Source of the DNA: an uncultured Planctomycetaceae bacterium
Lineage (GTDB): Bacteria > Planctomycetota > Planctomycetia > Isosphaerales > Isosphaeraceae
Direction of reading: 5' to 3'
Assembly: GCA_963833985.1 (NCBI GenBank)
Contig: CAWIAD010000002.1
Span: 4,480,001-4,544,000, forward strand
DNA: 64,000 nucleotides
In this document: positions 11,201 through 22,349 of the stretch, piece after piece
How the letters are laid out: every line of letters begins with the position of its first letter
How positions within the stretch are numbered: position 1 is the first letter of the stretch
Translations under genes and position numbers: made by a program
Notes under the pieces: generated by a model
Databases searched by the model: none
Seen by the model: the letters and a program-made list of their open reading frames with translations, nothing else
Told to the model about the DNA's origin: nothing

Positions 11201-13074
11201 GGAGGGCGGGCCAGAAGGAATCCGCGTCGGCCCGCCCGAACTACTGCGGGAATCCGCGGGCATCCAGTGGAGCAAAGTGACCTGGATGCCAGATCACCGG
11301 ACTCTAGCTTTGATCGACAACGCCAATGCCCGGGTCCTCCTCGTCGATTCGAGCCGTCCCCACTCGGCCCGGAGCAGAGCCATAGCCCTCGACAGCGGCG
11401 GAAATCGCCGCATGACCACGGTCGCCGTCAGCCCGGATGGCCGTTGGATGGCAGTCGGCGGCTGGTACGAGGCCGGGGTCCGGGTCTGGGACGTGCGCCA
11501 GCGCCGGCTCGAAAGCGTCTTGAGACCGAAGGACGCCATCAGCGACACCAAGTTCTTCATCGGCTTCAGCCCCGACGGCCGCTGGCTCATTTCGTCCACA
11601 TTCCTCGATGCGGGCACGCAGTTTTACCAGTTCTGGCACGTGGGCACATGGGAGCCTGGTCTTCGAATCGACCTGAAGCACAACGTGACCGCCGCGCGTT
11701 CTCCCGCATTCACGGCCGACGGTCGGCTCATGGCCCTGGCCATTGCGCCCGACCAGGTGCTGCTGGCCGACGCCGCCACGGGACGAGAGCTTGCACGGCT
11801 GACCACGTTGCAACTGCTGAATCCGGCACCTCTCGTCTTCAGCCCCGATGGCACGAAGCTGGTTGCCAGCACCAACCAGAAAACAGCGCTGGTGTGGGAC
11901 CTGCGGCGAATCCGGGACCAGCTTGTCCCGATGGGTCTGGACTGGGACGCGCCGCCGTATCCGCCCGCAACGGATTCGAGCACCACCACCGGTCCGCTGC
12001 CGCCGCCCAGGCCCGTACGGGTCGTTGGCGAAGTCATCGAGCCCCAGGCTCGGCGCCGCCGAACTGGTCGAGATGAAGCGCCGGCTTACCGTCAAGGCAG
12101 ACGATGCCGAGGCCCTGATCCAGCGCGGCTGGCTGTTCACCCTCCAGAAGAAGTGGCCCGAGGCCATCGCCGACCTGGAGCGCGGCCTGAATCTTCATCC
12201 CGACGACACCGACGCCCTGTTCCTGCTGGCCGAGGCCCAGAGCCAGGCGAACAACCCGCAGGCGGCGCGGGCAACCCTGGAAAAGTACCTGGCGCGAGCC
12301 CCCGACGATGCCGACGCCCGCGCCATGAAAGGTCAGATGGCACTCCGGCTCGGCAAGCTCCAGGAGGCGGTCGACGATTTCACCAAGGTGCTCGACGCTG
12401 ACCCCGAGGGGCGAAATCCAATCCGCTTCCGCCGCGCGCAGATCCTGAACCGCATGGGCAAATTCCAGGACGCCCTGGCGGACCTCGACTTTCTGATCAG
12501 GCACCATCCCTGGGACCCGAACCTCTACGAGCTGCGCAGCCAGGTGCACCATCGCCTGGGCCACCGGGAGCTGGCCAAGGCCGACATGAAGCAGGCTGCG
12601 GAATCCCCGCAGGCCGGCGCTGAGCATTACAACAACCTGGCGTGGCGGCTGGCCACCGGCCCGGCCGCCCTGCGCGATCCCGAGCAAGCGCTGGTATTGG
12701 CCCGGAAAGCGGTCGCGCTGTCGGCCGGAACCGCCATCTGCCTCAACACGCTGGGCGTTGCCCAGTACCGTGCGGGCCAGTATGCCGAGGCGATCGCCAC
12801 CCTGGAGCAAAGCCTCGCCGCCGGCAAGGGCGAGTCCGACGGCTTCGACCTGTTCTTCCTGGCCATGGCTCGCTACAAGCTGGGCCAACTTGGCCGGGCC
12901 AGGGCCGACCTCGACCGCGCCCTCCGCTGGCGGCGCGACCGTCCTAACCTGCCGGGCCAGTGGTCCGAGGAGCTGAACCTGTTCCAGGCCGAGGCCGAGG
13001 CTCTCCTGGGCATCCGCCTGCTGCCGCTGCCGGCAGACCTGTTCGTGCCCGATAAACCCGGCCGGCTGCCCTGA
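8286..13074 (+). CDS. Ser/Thr protein kinase with WD40 and C-terminal TPR repeats (frameshift ~12055)
   Basis: CAGGAG RBS, ATG 8286; GEGGMGVVY, VALK, HRDIKPSN, DFG, APE; TM segment; WD repeats (GHTSQIV..TGSWDGTNRLWD); TPRs in ORF 11848..13074 (YNNLAWRLAT, LNTLGVAQYRAG). Confidence 0.92.
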
Positions 13075-13343
13075 AAGGTCGACTGGTTCCTACATTGGCA
13101 TTTGGACACGCGGCGGGCCGGCGGGCATAAGGCAGTGCTACACCCCGGTGGCAAGTTAATCATCCCCGCTAAGGATACAAAATTTATTAAGTCGAGGAGG
13201 CCCAAGTCCCCCTTGAACTTGTCGTCAGTGACCGGTGCCATGTCAGAATCCCCACTTGCTTTGATCCGGCCACGCTGTGACCGGGCACGCCGCGACTGCG
13301 GATGCGATAGGGCTGCACTCCGGCGCGCGTCGGTCGGATCGAC

Positions 13344-15185
13344 GAATGGCACTAGCTTAAGGCCGTAGCGGCCTGTCAGAAACGCCGTGCGGGGCGGACA
13401 AGGTATACGGCTACTTGCCGTGCACAGCCGCCGTCAGGCGCCAGCGATTGACAGAGACTCGTTCTTGAGCCCCTTGCCGGTACCTGGGCAGGTGCCTCAC
13501 CTCGCAGATGGCCTCCTTCGGTCGTGCGCTTAACCGGTCAGCGCGGTGCCGCTCCCGCCACACGCCCTTGCGGCGCGGCCCGCTTTCAGCCAAAGGGAAT
13601 GTCCCACAACCTCACCGCTTGCTAGTACCATTTCGCGCGATTGTGCGCCAGTTTGGCCTCGGCTCGGGTCTGGTTCAGGCGAGCCCCATGCCTCGGCCGT
13701 CGTTTCGTCGCCCGCGGCTCCCATCGTCCCGGACGGTTGCCGACGCGGTGGTAAGCGATCACCGCCAGCATCGCGTCGATCAGCGCGGGGCGATCCTTCG
13801 GCCGGGCCGCTTCGATCTTCGGAGCGAACGCCGTCACCGCCTGCTTGGCCCCCTTGAAGCTCACCTGCCGGGGCTCGATCCCGTTCGCCCCGGCGGCCAC
13901 CGCCATCGCCGTGCGGAGCAGGTTGTACGCCAACAGATGGGCCCAGATCTCCTTGTGCACCATCTCCGGCGTCTTGCACCGCAGGAACTCCATCTGCATC
14001 ACCGATTTGATCGATCTTATATCGATCTCTCCATCCCACCTCCGCTCATACAGGTCGCCGAGTTGTCCGCCGTCGATCGACGCGTCGAGGATCGTGGTGA
14101 CGACCTTGAAGCGCTCGGCTCGGTTGTCCTTGTCGCGGGCATCGACGGCCACCTGCCGCATCAGCAGGGTCTTCGGGTAGCGGCGATACTCCTCCCCTGT
14201 CATCCCGCGCGGCTTGTTAGGCCTTCGCCAGAGGATGACGTCGCCGTCGGGCCGGCTCTCCACCGTCCGGCTCCCAACGCGCTCCGCCTGTACACGGGCG
14301 ACCAGCTCGACGCCGAGCCACCGCAATTCGCATGCGAGGAAGTAGTTGTCGAACAGAGCGTCCGCCAGAACCACGTCGCCAGGGGAAAGCGACTCGTACA
14401 TCCGCCGCAGCAGTGTGGTCTCGCCAGTCCCCTTTCCCGCGTACGGGGCGATGGCCAGGTCGTGGCAAGCGCCGGTCGCCAGCGAGAGGAGTACGGTGAC
14501 TCGGGCCAGGGGAAAACCAATCCCCGGCTGCTGGACCACCGGCTGCGGGTACACCTCGCGGTTCTCCGGCGTGTCAGGCATCCAGATGCCCGACCCGTCG
14601 ACGATGAATACATTCCGCCCGATCCACTTCCACTGCTCCTCGGCTGCGGTCTGTAACTCCTCGGCGGTCCGCCGTGCCAGGGTGCGCAGGACGTCGGTGA
14701 CGATGCGGCCCCGGGCGTTGCAGTAGCTGGCCGTGTTTGGTGAACACGTTCCCAGCCCGCTGGCCGCCCGGTGGGCAATAATGTGCGAAACTGCGTTGCT
14801 GCAGCTTTGGTCGTCGTTGAGCACCTGGGAGAGAAAGCCCCAGATGGTGGTGACGGGGGTGAACACTCGGTCTCGATACTTGATGCCATGCTCATTGAGA
14901 GCGTTGAGGATGTTCTGTTCGCTCAAGGAGCCGGCGAAAGGCAGTCCATGGTCGCGCGCAAAGCGAGCGCGAACCTCCTGCAGGGTGATCATGGGAGGTC
15001 TCCTATGTCTCGAATGGAAATGGTGCGGCCCAGGAATCGCTGCCGTGGAGCCTAGTCCAAACAGCAACTCACTCGAGCGGGAAGTACCTCCCACTTCCAT
15101 TATACCTGGCAAGATTCAGCCAGGTTACTCATCCGCAATTTCACCAGGGGACCTGCCTTCACTTGTCCTTAAGCTAGTGCCATTC
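13344..15185 (-). mobile_element. IS4-family insertion sequence, 19-bp perfect IRs, 11-bp target duplication
   Basis: gaatggcactagcttaagg (13344-13362) / ccttaagctagtgccattc (15167-15185); flanking direct repeat gtcggatcgac at 13333-13343 and 15186-15196. Confidence 0.95.
13622..14992 (-). CDS. IS4-family DDE transposase
   Basis: ATG 14992 (MITLQEVRAR) after GGAG; VFIVDGS, VVLADALF, LYERRWDGEIDIRSIK (Y-2-R-3-E-6-K signature). Confidence 0.93.
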   Translation of the reverse strand: MITLQEVRARFARDHGLPFAGSLSEQNILNALNEHGIKYRDRVFTPVTTIWGFLSQVLNDDQSCSNAVSHIIAHRAASGLGTCSPNTASYCNARGRIVTDVLRTLARRTAEELQTAAEEQWKWIGRNVFIVDGSGIWMPDTPENREVYPQPVVQQPGIGFPLARVTVLLSLATGACHDLAIAPYAGKGTGETTLLRRMYESLSPGDVVLADALFDNYFLACELRWLGVELVARVQAERVGSRTVESRPDGDVILWRRPNKPRGMTGEEYRRYPKTLLMRQVAVDARDKDNRAERFKVVTTILDASIDGGQLGDLYERRWDGEIDIRSIKSVMQMEFLRCKTPEMVHKEIWAHLLAYNLLRTAMAVAAGANGIEPRQVSFKGAKQAVTAFAPKIEAARPKDRPALIDAMLAVIAYHRVGNRPGRWEPRATKRRPRHGARLNQTRAEAKLAHNRAKWY

Positions 15186-15204
15186 GTCGGATCGACCGAC
15201 GCAT

Positions 15205-15552
15205 CCAGAGAGTAATGCCGAGTTCGGCGCACAGATCGCCGATCCTGGTTTCGGGTTGGTTCATGGAAGCCACGGCCAGGCGCAGCTGGGGGGGCATCTT
15301 ATAGGGCCTTCCACCATTGCGGCCACGGGCGCGGGCGGCGGCCATGCCCGCTTTGGTCCGCTCGATGATTAGCTCCCGCTCGAATTCGGCCAGGGCGGCA
15401 GAGATGCCGAAGACCAGCTTACCGCCCGGAAATGTGGTGTCGGTGCTGGCGCCGTGCCCGGTCAGCACCTTGAAGCCAATGCCACGTGCTGTGAGGTCAT
15501 GCACCGTGTTGACCAGGTGCCGCAGATCGCGGCCAAGCCGGTCCAGCTTCCC
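15205..15552 (-). pseudogene. Serine recombinase (resolvase/invertase) fragment
   Basis: KLDRLGRDLRHLV..GKLVFGISAALAEFERELIIERTKAGMAAARARGRNGGRP..LCAELGIT; N-terminus with catalytic Ser absent; HTH cut short. Confidence 0.85.
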
Positions 15553-15903
15553 AACGAAACAGATCGTGCCCTCAAAGAGCGATTGCTCAACCTTCTGGCT
15601 CAAGGCCAGGAGCTTACGCGAGCGAGGCTGCGCGATTGACTGGCGGTCAAAACGAGCGACCAGGCGAAGTGCTGGAGTCGCTCGAGCAAACTGGCCAACT
15701 TGGCCGCACGCCGAGAGGTTGGCAGCGTCTCTGCTGACCAAGAGAGCAGGACCCGTTCCTTTCCCCTTATGAGAAGGGGAACGGAACGGTCCTTGAGCAG
15801 TGAGCCGAGCTGTCGCTGCGCATCGATTATCTTGATCGAAACGTTATCAATTATCGTAACCACCCTCAGAAGTCTTTGGACAGGATTGCCGTTGGCTTGG
15901 CCG

Positions 15904-16103
15904 GGGCTGAGAGCCCTGCCTGGCCGCTCTCCTCGTGGGGTACGATTCCAATCGTGACATCCCATTCTCGTGGGGTACGATTCCAATCGTGCCATGCCTG
16001 GTCCATCAGATCGAAGAAGTGATACGATCGGTATCGTGTCCCACGAGGTGATCGAAGAAGTAACACGATTTGAAACGTGTCCCACGAGGTGATCGAAGAA
16101 GTG
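15904..16103. repeat. REP-like cluster, copy 1 (two forward gtggggtacgattccaatcgtg units, two degenerate inverted units)
   Basis: Forward units at 15935 and 15970; inverted units within a 41-bp period (gatcgaagaagt at 16009, 16050, 16091); leader and core shared with 21701-21874. Confidence 0.85.
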
Positions 16104-16184
16104 ACGGGTCGTGGACCCGAACCGGTCGCGGCGTTGCGGCTGCGAGACGAGGGAGTGCAACGGAGAACGGAGAACCGCGAACCG

Positions 16185-16300
16185 GGGCTCAGGACGAGAA
16201 GCTATCCAGTCAGAACCAGAGTCGCCGATGCGGAAATGGCCAGCGTGCGGCTCAATCCACACAGGTTCCGCGGCGATTGGAACGGCACGATCATCCTGCT
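16185..16300 (+). pseudogene. ISAzo13-family transposase C-terminal remnant
   Basis: SYPVRTRVADAEMASVRLNPHRFRGDWNGTI resembles the ISAzo13 C-terminal Y-P..V-x-D-x-E..F-H-G-[DE]-W-N-Y-T-I motif. Confidence 0.6.
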
Positions 16301-16440
16301 GCGATCCGGAACCCACACAGGTTCTTTCCCCGCGCGGCGTGATCCGCGCACTCGCCCACGGCGCGGTATTTGCTTTTGGATAAAATCGATAAAATCTGCC
16401 CTGGCTGAACAGGCGATGGCACCGAACGACAGGACGAGAG

Positions 16441-17911
16441 ATGTCCGGGTTTTCCGGGAAGCTTCAGATTCCGCTGGGGGTCCAGGTGGGCGTGGTTGCC
16501 GCGTTGTTCGTGGCGTCGCTGGTGACGCTCGTCGCCACGGGCGCAGCGGTGTTCGCCCGCGAGCGCCGGCGAATGGAGGCAAGGAAGCTGCTGGCACTGG
16601 CCGGCGATCGACTGGCCGAGCGGGGAGCGCCGATCATCGCCCGCATCGGCCAGTTCCCCGAGTTTCCGGAGGAATCCTCGCGCGCCCGCATCGCGCGAGC
16701 TGTCGCTGGAGGCGGCACAGGCCCTGGCGGGTCACGACGACCTGGAGGGAGGCTACTTCGTCGAGAGCTTCCGGAGTTTCCTGGGAACCGCGCCTGTCCC
16801 GAAAGAGCCCGCACTCGCGGTGCAGAGCCCTGTGAAGACCCGGTCCGGCAGTGTCGTTCCCCCCTGGGACTCGTCGCGCTTGCCCCCGCTCGAGGCCGAC
16901 CTGATCGACATCCAGGTCGACGCCGCGATTCGCAAGGGACAGGTGCTTTTCTCCGTCGAGGAGCTCGACGACCGGAGCCCGGTGACGGTGGGCATTCGCA
17001 CGGCGCCGCTCATGTCCGGAACCCGGTGTATCGGGGCCACCTGGGTGATCACGCGGCTGGTGGATCCGCTCTTCGTCGATGCCTCGCTCCAGGGCTATCG
17101 TCTGGCAGCCGGCCTGGCACTGGGCGGAATGGCCCTGGCTCTGGGGCTCACCGCGGGGCTGGCCCGGACCGTCCGCCGCCAGGCGAGCGAGCGCGAACGC
17201 CTCCAGTTTGAGCTGCGGCGCAGCGAGCGACTGGCGGCCCTGGGCAAGCTGCTGGCCGGCGTGGCGCACGAGGTCCGCAATCCCCTGGCCGGCATTCGCT
17301 CGACCGCTCAGCTCTGGCAGCGCGGGGTGATGGGACTGGACGCCGAATCCCTGGATGGGCTCGTCCATGAAGTCGATCGCCTCGAGGAGATCGTCTCGCG
17401 GCTGCTCCAGTTCTCACGGGCCGACGCTCAGGACCTGGCCGCGGGAGACCTGGGCGCGGTGGCCGCCGAGGCGGCCCGGCTGGCAGTCATCGCGGGGGCG
17501 GAGCGGGGAATCCGCGTGGAGACGCAGCTCGTACCCGACCTGCCGCCGGTGGCGATGTCTCCCCAGGCGCTCTTGCAGGTCTTTCGCAACCTCACCTCCA
17601 ACGCCATCCAGGCCATGGCGCCCGGCGGGGTCCTCCGGCTCATGACACGCTACGATCCGGCCCGGCGGTCGGTCTGTGCCGTCGTGGCCGACACCGGGCC
17701 GGGCCTGGACGCGGAGGTCCTGGGCCACCTCTTCGAGCCCTTCTACACCACCAGGCCCGAAGGCACCGGCCTGGGCCTGGCCATCGCGCGGGAGATCGCC
17801 CTGGCGCACCGGGGCGAGCTGCTGGCCGCGAACCGGTCCGATGGCCCGGGTGCCTTGTTCACGCTGGTGATCCCCGCAATCTCCGCCAGCGACGATGGAG
17901 ACACGCGATGA
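16441..17911 (+). CDS. Membrane sensor histidine kinase (frameshift ~16690)
   Basis: N-terminal TM in ORF 16441; second TM, H-box [13 protein letters not shown]-box [15 protein letters not shown] and GTGLGL in ORF 16820..17911. Confidence 0.9.
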
Positions 17912-19329
17912 GCGACTTGCCCGCCACGACTGCCGGGAAGCCGGCCGCCACGGTGCTGGTGGCCGATGACGATGCGACCATTCGTCGCAACCTGGTGCGC
18001 CTGCTGAGGTCCGAGGGCTACGAGACCTTCGAGGCCGGCACCGGCGCGGAGGCCCTGGCGCAGGTTCATGCCGGCGCCCCGGACGCCGTCCTGCTGGATC
18101 TGAAAATGCCCGGCCGCGACGGTCTGGCGGTCCTCGCGGAGCTGGGACCGCAGCTCGCGGAACTGCCGGTGATCGTGATCACGGCCCTGAGCGGCTCGGG
18201 AGCCGCCATCGAGGCGATGCGCCGGGGCGCTTACGATTACCTCAGCAAGCCCTTTGATCTCGACGAGGTGCTGCTCACGCTCCAGCGTGCCTTGAAGCAG
18301 CGCGCCCTGGCCGTGGAGGTGAGGGCCCTGCGCGAGCAGAACGCACGGGCGAACGCCGGAACCGAGGAGGAGGACAACGAGGATCCCGAGATGATCGGCC
18401 AGTCCGCGGCCATGCGCGAGGTCTTCAAGTCGATCGGCCTGGCCGCGGCCACTGAGGCCCCGGTGCTCATCGTCGGCGAGAGCGGAACTGGCAAGGAGCT
18501 CGTCGCCACCGCGGTCCACCGGCACTCGCCGCGCGGCACAGGACCGCTCGTCCGCGTCAATTGCGGGGCACTCCCCGAAGGCCTGGTGGAGAGCGAGCTC
18601 TTCGGCCACGAGAAAGGCGCATTCACCGGGGCCGACCGCCGCAAGCCGGGCCGCTTCGAGCGCGCGGCCGGCGGCACCGTCTTCCTCGACGAGATCGGCG
18701 AACTGCCGCTGCCGGCCCAGGCCAAGATCCTCCGCGTCTTGCAGCAGCGCGAGTTCGAGCGCGTCGGCGGCACCGAAACGCTGCGCAGCAACACGCGGAT
18801 CATCTCCGCCACCCACCGCGACCTGGCGCAGGAGGTGGCCTCGGGCCGGTTCCGGGAAGACCTCTTCTACCGGCTCAACGTCGTGCGCATCGTCATTCCG
18901 CCCTTGCGCGACCGGCCCGAGGATATCCGTCCCCTGGCCGAGAACATCCTCCGCCGGCTTGAGCGGAGGCACGGCTGGCGCGCGCTGGCCCTCTCGCCCC
19001 AGGCGCTCCAGGCTGTGATGGAGCGCGCCTGGCCGGGCAATGTCCGCCAGCTCGAGAACGCGCTGGCACGGGCGGCGATCGCCGCGCGCGGCCGGGCCAT
19101 CCTCCCCGAACATCTGGATGCCGAATCGCCGGGCGGCCAGGCCCCACCCGGCGCCGAGGAGGGTTCGGATCCCGTGCCCCTGCGCGCCTTGCTCGCCGAC
19201 GTGGAACGGCGTGCCATCGAGCGCACCTTGCAAGCGTGCAAGGGGAACCGGACGCGTACCGCCGAGCGCCTGGGCATCAGCAGACGCCAGCTCTTCGACA
19301 AGATCCGCGAGTACGACCTTCCCACCTGA
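17908..19329 (+). CDS. Sigma-54-dependent NtrC-family response regulator
   Basis: Receiver (VADDD, LLDLKMP), [40 protein letters not shown], Fis-type HTH; ATGA overlap with kinase. Confidence 0.96.
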   Translation: MSDLPATTAGKPAATVLVADDDATIRRNLVRLLRSEGYETFEAGTGAEALAQVHAGAPDAVLLDLKMPGRDGLAVLAELGPQLAELPVIVITALSGSGAAIEAMRRGAYDYLSKPFDLDEVLLTLQRALKQRALAVEVRALREQNARANAGTEEEDNEDPEMIGQSAAMREVFKSIGLAAATEAPVLIVGESGTGKELVATAVHRHSPRGTGPLVRVNCGALPEGLVESELFGHEKGAFTGADRRKPGRFERAAGGTVFLDEIGELPLPAQAKILRVLQQREFERVGGTETLRSNTRIISATHRDLAQEVASGRFREDLFYRLNVVRIVIPPLRDRPEDIRPLAENILRRLERRHGWRALALSPQALQAVMERAWPGNVRQLENALARAAIAARGRAILPEHLDAESPGGQAPPGAEEGSDPVPLRALLADVERRAIERTLQACKGNRTRTAERLGISRRQLFDKIREYDLPT

Positions 19330-19437
19330 GACGGCGCTGCCATCAGCCAGGGTCGAGCCCCACGCCCCGGCCTCTGGTTCAAGAGGGTTCGCGGCCGGTG
19401 GCCTGCCAGGGGCGGCATGCGTGAAAGGTTGTTTATT

Positions 19438-20117
19438 CTATTTAACGCGTCCTTCACCGCGCTTCGCGCTCGGGCCCAGGTGCTTCCAGATCTCGGCAAG
19501 CGGCTGGAAGCTCGCCACGAAGGGGCAGTCGCCCACCCAGTCTCCGCGCTCGCGGCGGTGGCCCACGGCGATCACCGGGATGCCGGCTGCCCGCGCCGCG
19601 TGCAGGCCGCTCGGGGAATCCTCGACGGCAATGGCATCCGCGGGCTTGAGCTTGAGCCGTTCGAGCGCCAGCAGATAGGCCTCGGGGTCCGGCTTCACGG
19701 CCTGAACGTCATCCTTGCCGACGATCAGCTCGAACGCGTCCCGCAGGTTCGATGCGGTCAGGACGGCCTCGACGTTCTCGCGCCAGGTGCCCGAGACGAC
19801 GGCCAGGCGCACGCGGCCGTGAACCTTGCGGACCAGCTCCGGGACTCCCGGATAGACCCGGGCGCATCCCGGAGCATCTGGATCGCCAGGGCCTGCTTCT
19901 TCTGCACCCAGCCTTCGATCTCGCCCCCCTCGATCTGCTGGTCGGCGAACAGGTCCCGGAGAAACAGGCGATCGTCGACCTCGGCGGCGCGGGCCGCGAC
20001 CTCGTCGGGAACTTGCCAGCCCAGCGCGGCCAGCGTGCGTTGCCAGGCCGCGACGTGATGGTTCTCGGTGTCGGCAATCACTCCGTCAAAGTCCAGCAGG
20101 AGAGCGCGGAAAGCCAT
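19438..20117 (-). CDS. HAD-family phosphatase (beta-PGM-like), frameshift ~19860
   Basis: [13 protein letters not shown] motif I; KPDPEAY and [11 protein letters not shown] in the downstream frame. Confidence 0.88.
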
Positions 20118-20197
20118 GAGTGTTCTACTGGCAGCGGAAAGACAGGAAATCATTGACGGGTTGCATTATCAACGTTTCCGGCTGCACCGTCAAATCA

Positions 20198-20226
20198 TTG
20201 ACAACGCTCGGGTTGCGCCCTATGTT
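20198..20226 (+). promoter_or_regulatory. Putative sigma-70 promoter of the sugar isomerase gene
   Basis: TTGACA (20198-20203)-17 nt-TATGTT (20221-20226). Confidence 0.55.
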
Positions 20227-20382
20227 GCCTGTTCTGGACGGCGTCCGTCGGAAACGGTCCTCAGGGACATCGGTTTCCCGCCGGCAAGCGAGGGACGGGA
20301 CGGGACGAGATGCGAACACGTCCGCCCACAGAGCCGCGGCGCGACGATCCAGTGGATTCCAAGACACCAGGGAGAACGCAGC

Positions 20383-21396
20383 ATGTCGCGTCCCGTGACA
20401 CTCTTCACCGGCCAGTGGGCCGATCTACCGCTCGAGACGATCTGTGAGAAGGCCAGCAAGTGGGGCTACGAGGGCATCGAGCTGCCCTGCTGGGGCGACC
20501 ACTTCAACGTCCAGCAGGCGCTCGGCGATGAGCACTACTGCAAGGGACGCCACGAGCTGCTGGGCAAGTACGGGCTGAAGGTCTGGGCAATCTCCAACCA
20601 CCTGGTCGGGCAGGCGGTCTGCGACCTGATCGACGAGCGGCACAAGGTGATCCTGCCCGAGCACGTCTGGGGCGACGGCAAGCCGGAAGCCGTTCGCCAG
20701 CGTGCCGCCAGGGAGATGATGGATACGGCCAGGGCCGCACAGAAGCTGGGCGTGCCGGTCGTGAACGGCTTCACCGGCTCCTCGATCTGGCACCTGCTGT
20801 ACTCCTTCCCACCGGTCTCCGACGCCATGATCGCGGCTGGCTTCAAGGACCTGGCCGACCGCTGGAACCCGATCCTCGACGTCTTCAAGCAGACGGGCGT
20901 CAAGTTCGCCCTGGAAGTTCACCCCACCGAGATCGCCTTCGACATCTTCTCGGCCGAGACGGCGCTCGAGGCACTCTCGCACCGGCCCGAGTTCGGCTTC
21001 AACTTCGACCCCAGCCACCTGCTCTGGCAGTTCGTGGACCCGGTCGAGTTCCTCCGCGCCTTCCCGGACCGCATCTATCACATGCACGTCAAGGACGCGG
21101 CCCGGACCCTCACCGGCAAGAGCGGCATCCTCGGCTCGCACCTCAATTTCGGCGATCCCCGCCGGGGCTGGGACTTCCGCTCGCCCGGCCGTGGCCAGGT
21201 GGATTTCGACGCGATCGCCCGCGCCCTCAACGAGATTGGCTACACCGGCCCGATGTCCGTGGAATGGGAAGACCCCGGCATGGACCGCGAGTACGGCGCC
21301 GCCGAGGCCGCCCGCTTCGTCAAGGAGCGTATGGGCTTCAAGTCCCCCGGCCGCCTCTTCGACCAGGCATTCGCTGAAGGACAGGCCAAGAAGTAA
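20383..21396 (+). CDS. Sugar phosphate isomerase/epimerase (xylose isomerase-like TIM barrel, AP_endonuc_2)
   Basis: [47 protein letters not shown] metal-ligand motifs. Confidence 0.92.
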   Translation: MSRPVTLFTGQWADLPLETICEKASKWGYEGIELPCWGDHFNVQQALGDEHYCKGRHELLGKYGLKVWAISNHLVGQAVCDLIDERHKVILPEHVWGDGKPEAVRQRAAREMMDTARAAQKLGVPVVNGFTGSSIWHLLYSFPPVSDAMIAAGFKDLADRWNPILDVFKQTGVKFALEVHPTEIAFDIFSAETALEALSHRPEFGFNFDPSHLLWQFVDPVEFLRAFPDRIYHMHVKDAARTLTGKSGILGSHLNFGDPRRGWDFRSPGRGQVDFDAIARALNEIGYTGPMSVEWEDPGMDREYGAAEAARFVKERMGFKSPGRLFDQAFAEGQAKK

Positions 21397-21700
21397 CCAC
21401 GAGCCGGCTCATCCCATCCAGGGTCATTCAGGAAGGGATTAGATCATCGGATCGCTCGTCTCCCTGCCGGCAGTGTTGCTGCTCGGCAGGATGCGAGCTC
21501 CTGAACCTTGCATCGGATGCCCTGCGCCGACCATGCGTCGCAAGCCGAGCGGAAGGGATTTGTTCATGTTAAACGCCATCGTGCGCTGCTATGGTTTACC
21601 GAGGATCGAGATGAGAAGACCTGAATGACGATGGCATATCCAGCGAGGACGGGAATCCTCATCCAGGATGATGCGTGCTACAATCGGCATCGGAAGCGCA

Positions 21701-21874
21701 GGGCTGAGAGCCCTGCCTGGCCGCTCTCCTGGCGAGGTACGATTCCAATCGTGCCTCCCATTTTCGTGGGGTACGATTCCAATCGTGCCTCCCATTCTCG
21801 TGGGGTACGATTCCAATCGTGCCATTCCTGGTCCATCAGATAGAAAAAGTGACACGATCCGAATCGTGGCCCAC
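21701..21874. repeat. REP-like cluster, copy 2 (three forward units, one inverted unit)
   Basis: Same leader gggctgagagccctgcctggccgctctcct; gtacgattccaatcgtg x3 at 34-bp period; inverted gacacgatccgaatcgtggcccac 21851-21874. Confidence 0.85.
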
Positions 21875-22130
21875 AGAGAGAGCCCTCCCGTCCATCCAGG
21901 ATCGCATCAACCTGCTGAATGCCTGCCAAAGAACGATTGCGAACCTGCTTGGCGGTACCCAGTTTCAAGCGGTTCCGCCGGGCATTCAAGGGAATACGCC
22001 GGGAGCCATTCAGGTCATTTTCCATGACCTCGCCACCAGCTTGGATCGCTCCGCACGAGCAGATGATGTTGTGCGAATCATGTCGATATTCCCGCGTTGA
22101 AGGTTCAGAGCCGACAGGAGTGTTCCTAGA

Positions 22131-22349
22131 ATGAGTGGTCCCATCGTGCGCCGCTACGGCTTTCCCAACTTCGAGCAGATCTTCGGCAAGCGTCCGCTCG
22201 AGCATGGCGTGGACGAGCATGACGCCGAGCCCGGCACGCCCGGGGCGGAGCGCGCGGATCGCACAGATTCCTCGCCCCTGTCCGCGTCGTCGGCATCCGG
22301 ACCGGCGGCGCAGCCGGCGGAGGCGCGGCCGCTCGAAGAAAAGGGCTAG
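22131..22349 (+). CDS. Small hypothetical protein (72 aa)
   Basis: AGGAG upstream; MSGPIVRRYGFPNFEQIFG followed by a low-complexity tail; stop overlaps the convergent nuclease stop. Confidence 0.6.
   Translation: MSGPIVRRYGFPNFEQIFGKRPLEHGVDEHDAEPGTPGAERADRTDSSPLSASSASGPAAQPAEARPLEEKG

Noticed and set aside
15935..16103. CRISPR array (34-41-bp periodic repeats; also 21731-21822)
   Set aside because: Intervening sequences are near-identical rather than unique spacers, units occur in both orientations, and no cas genes are present
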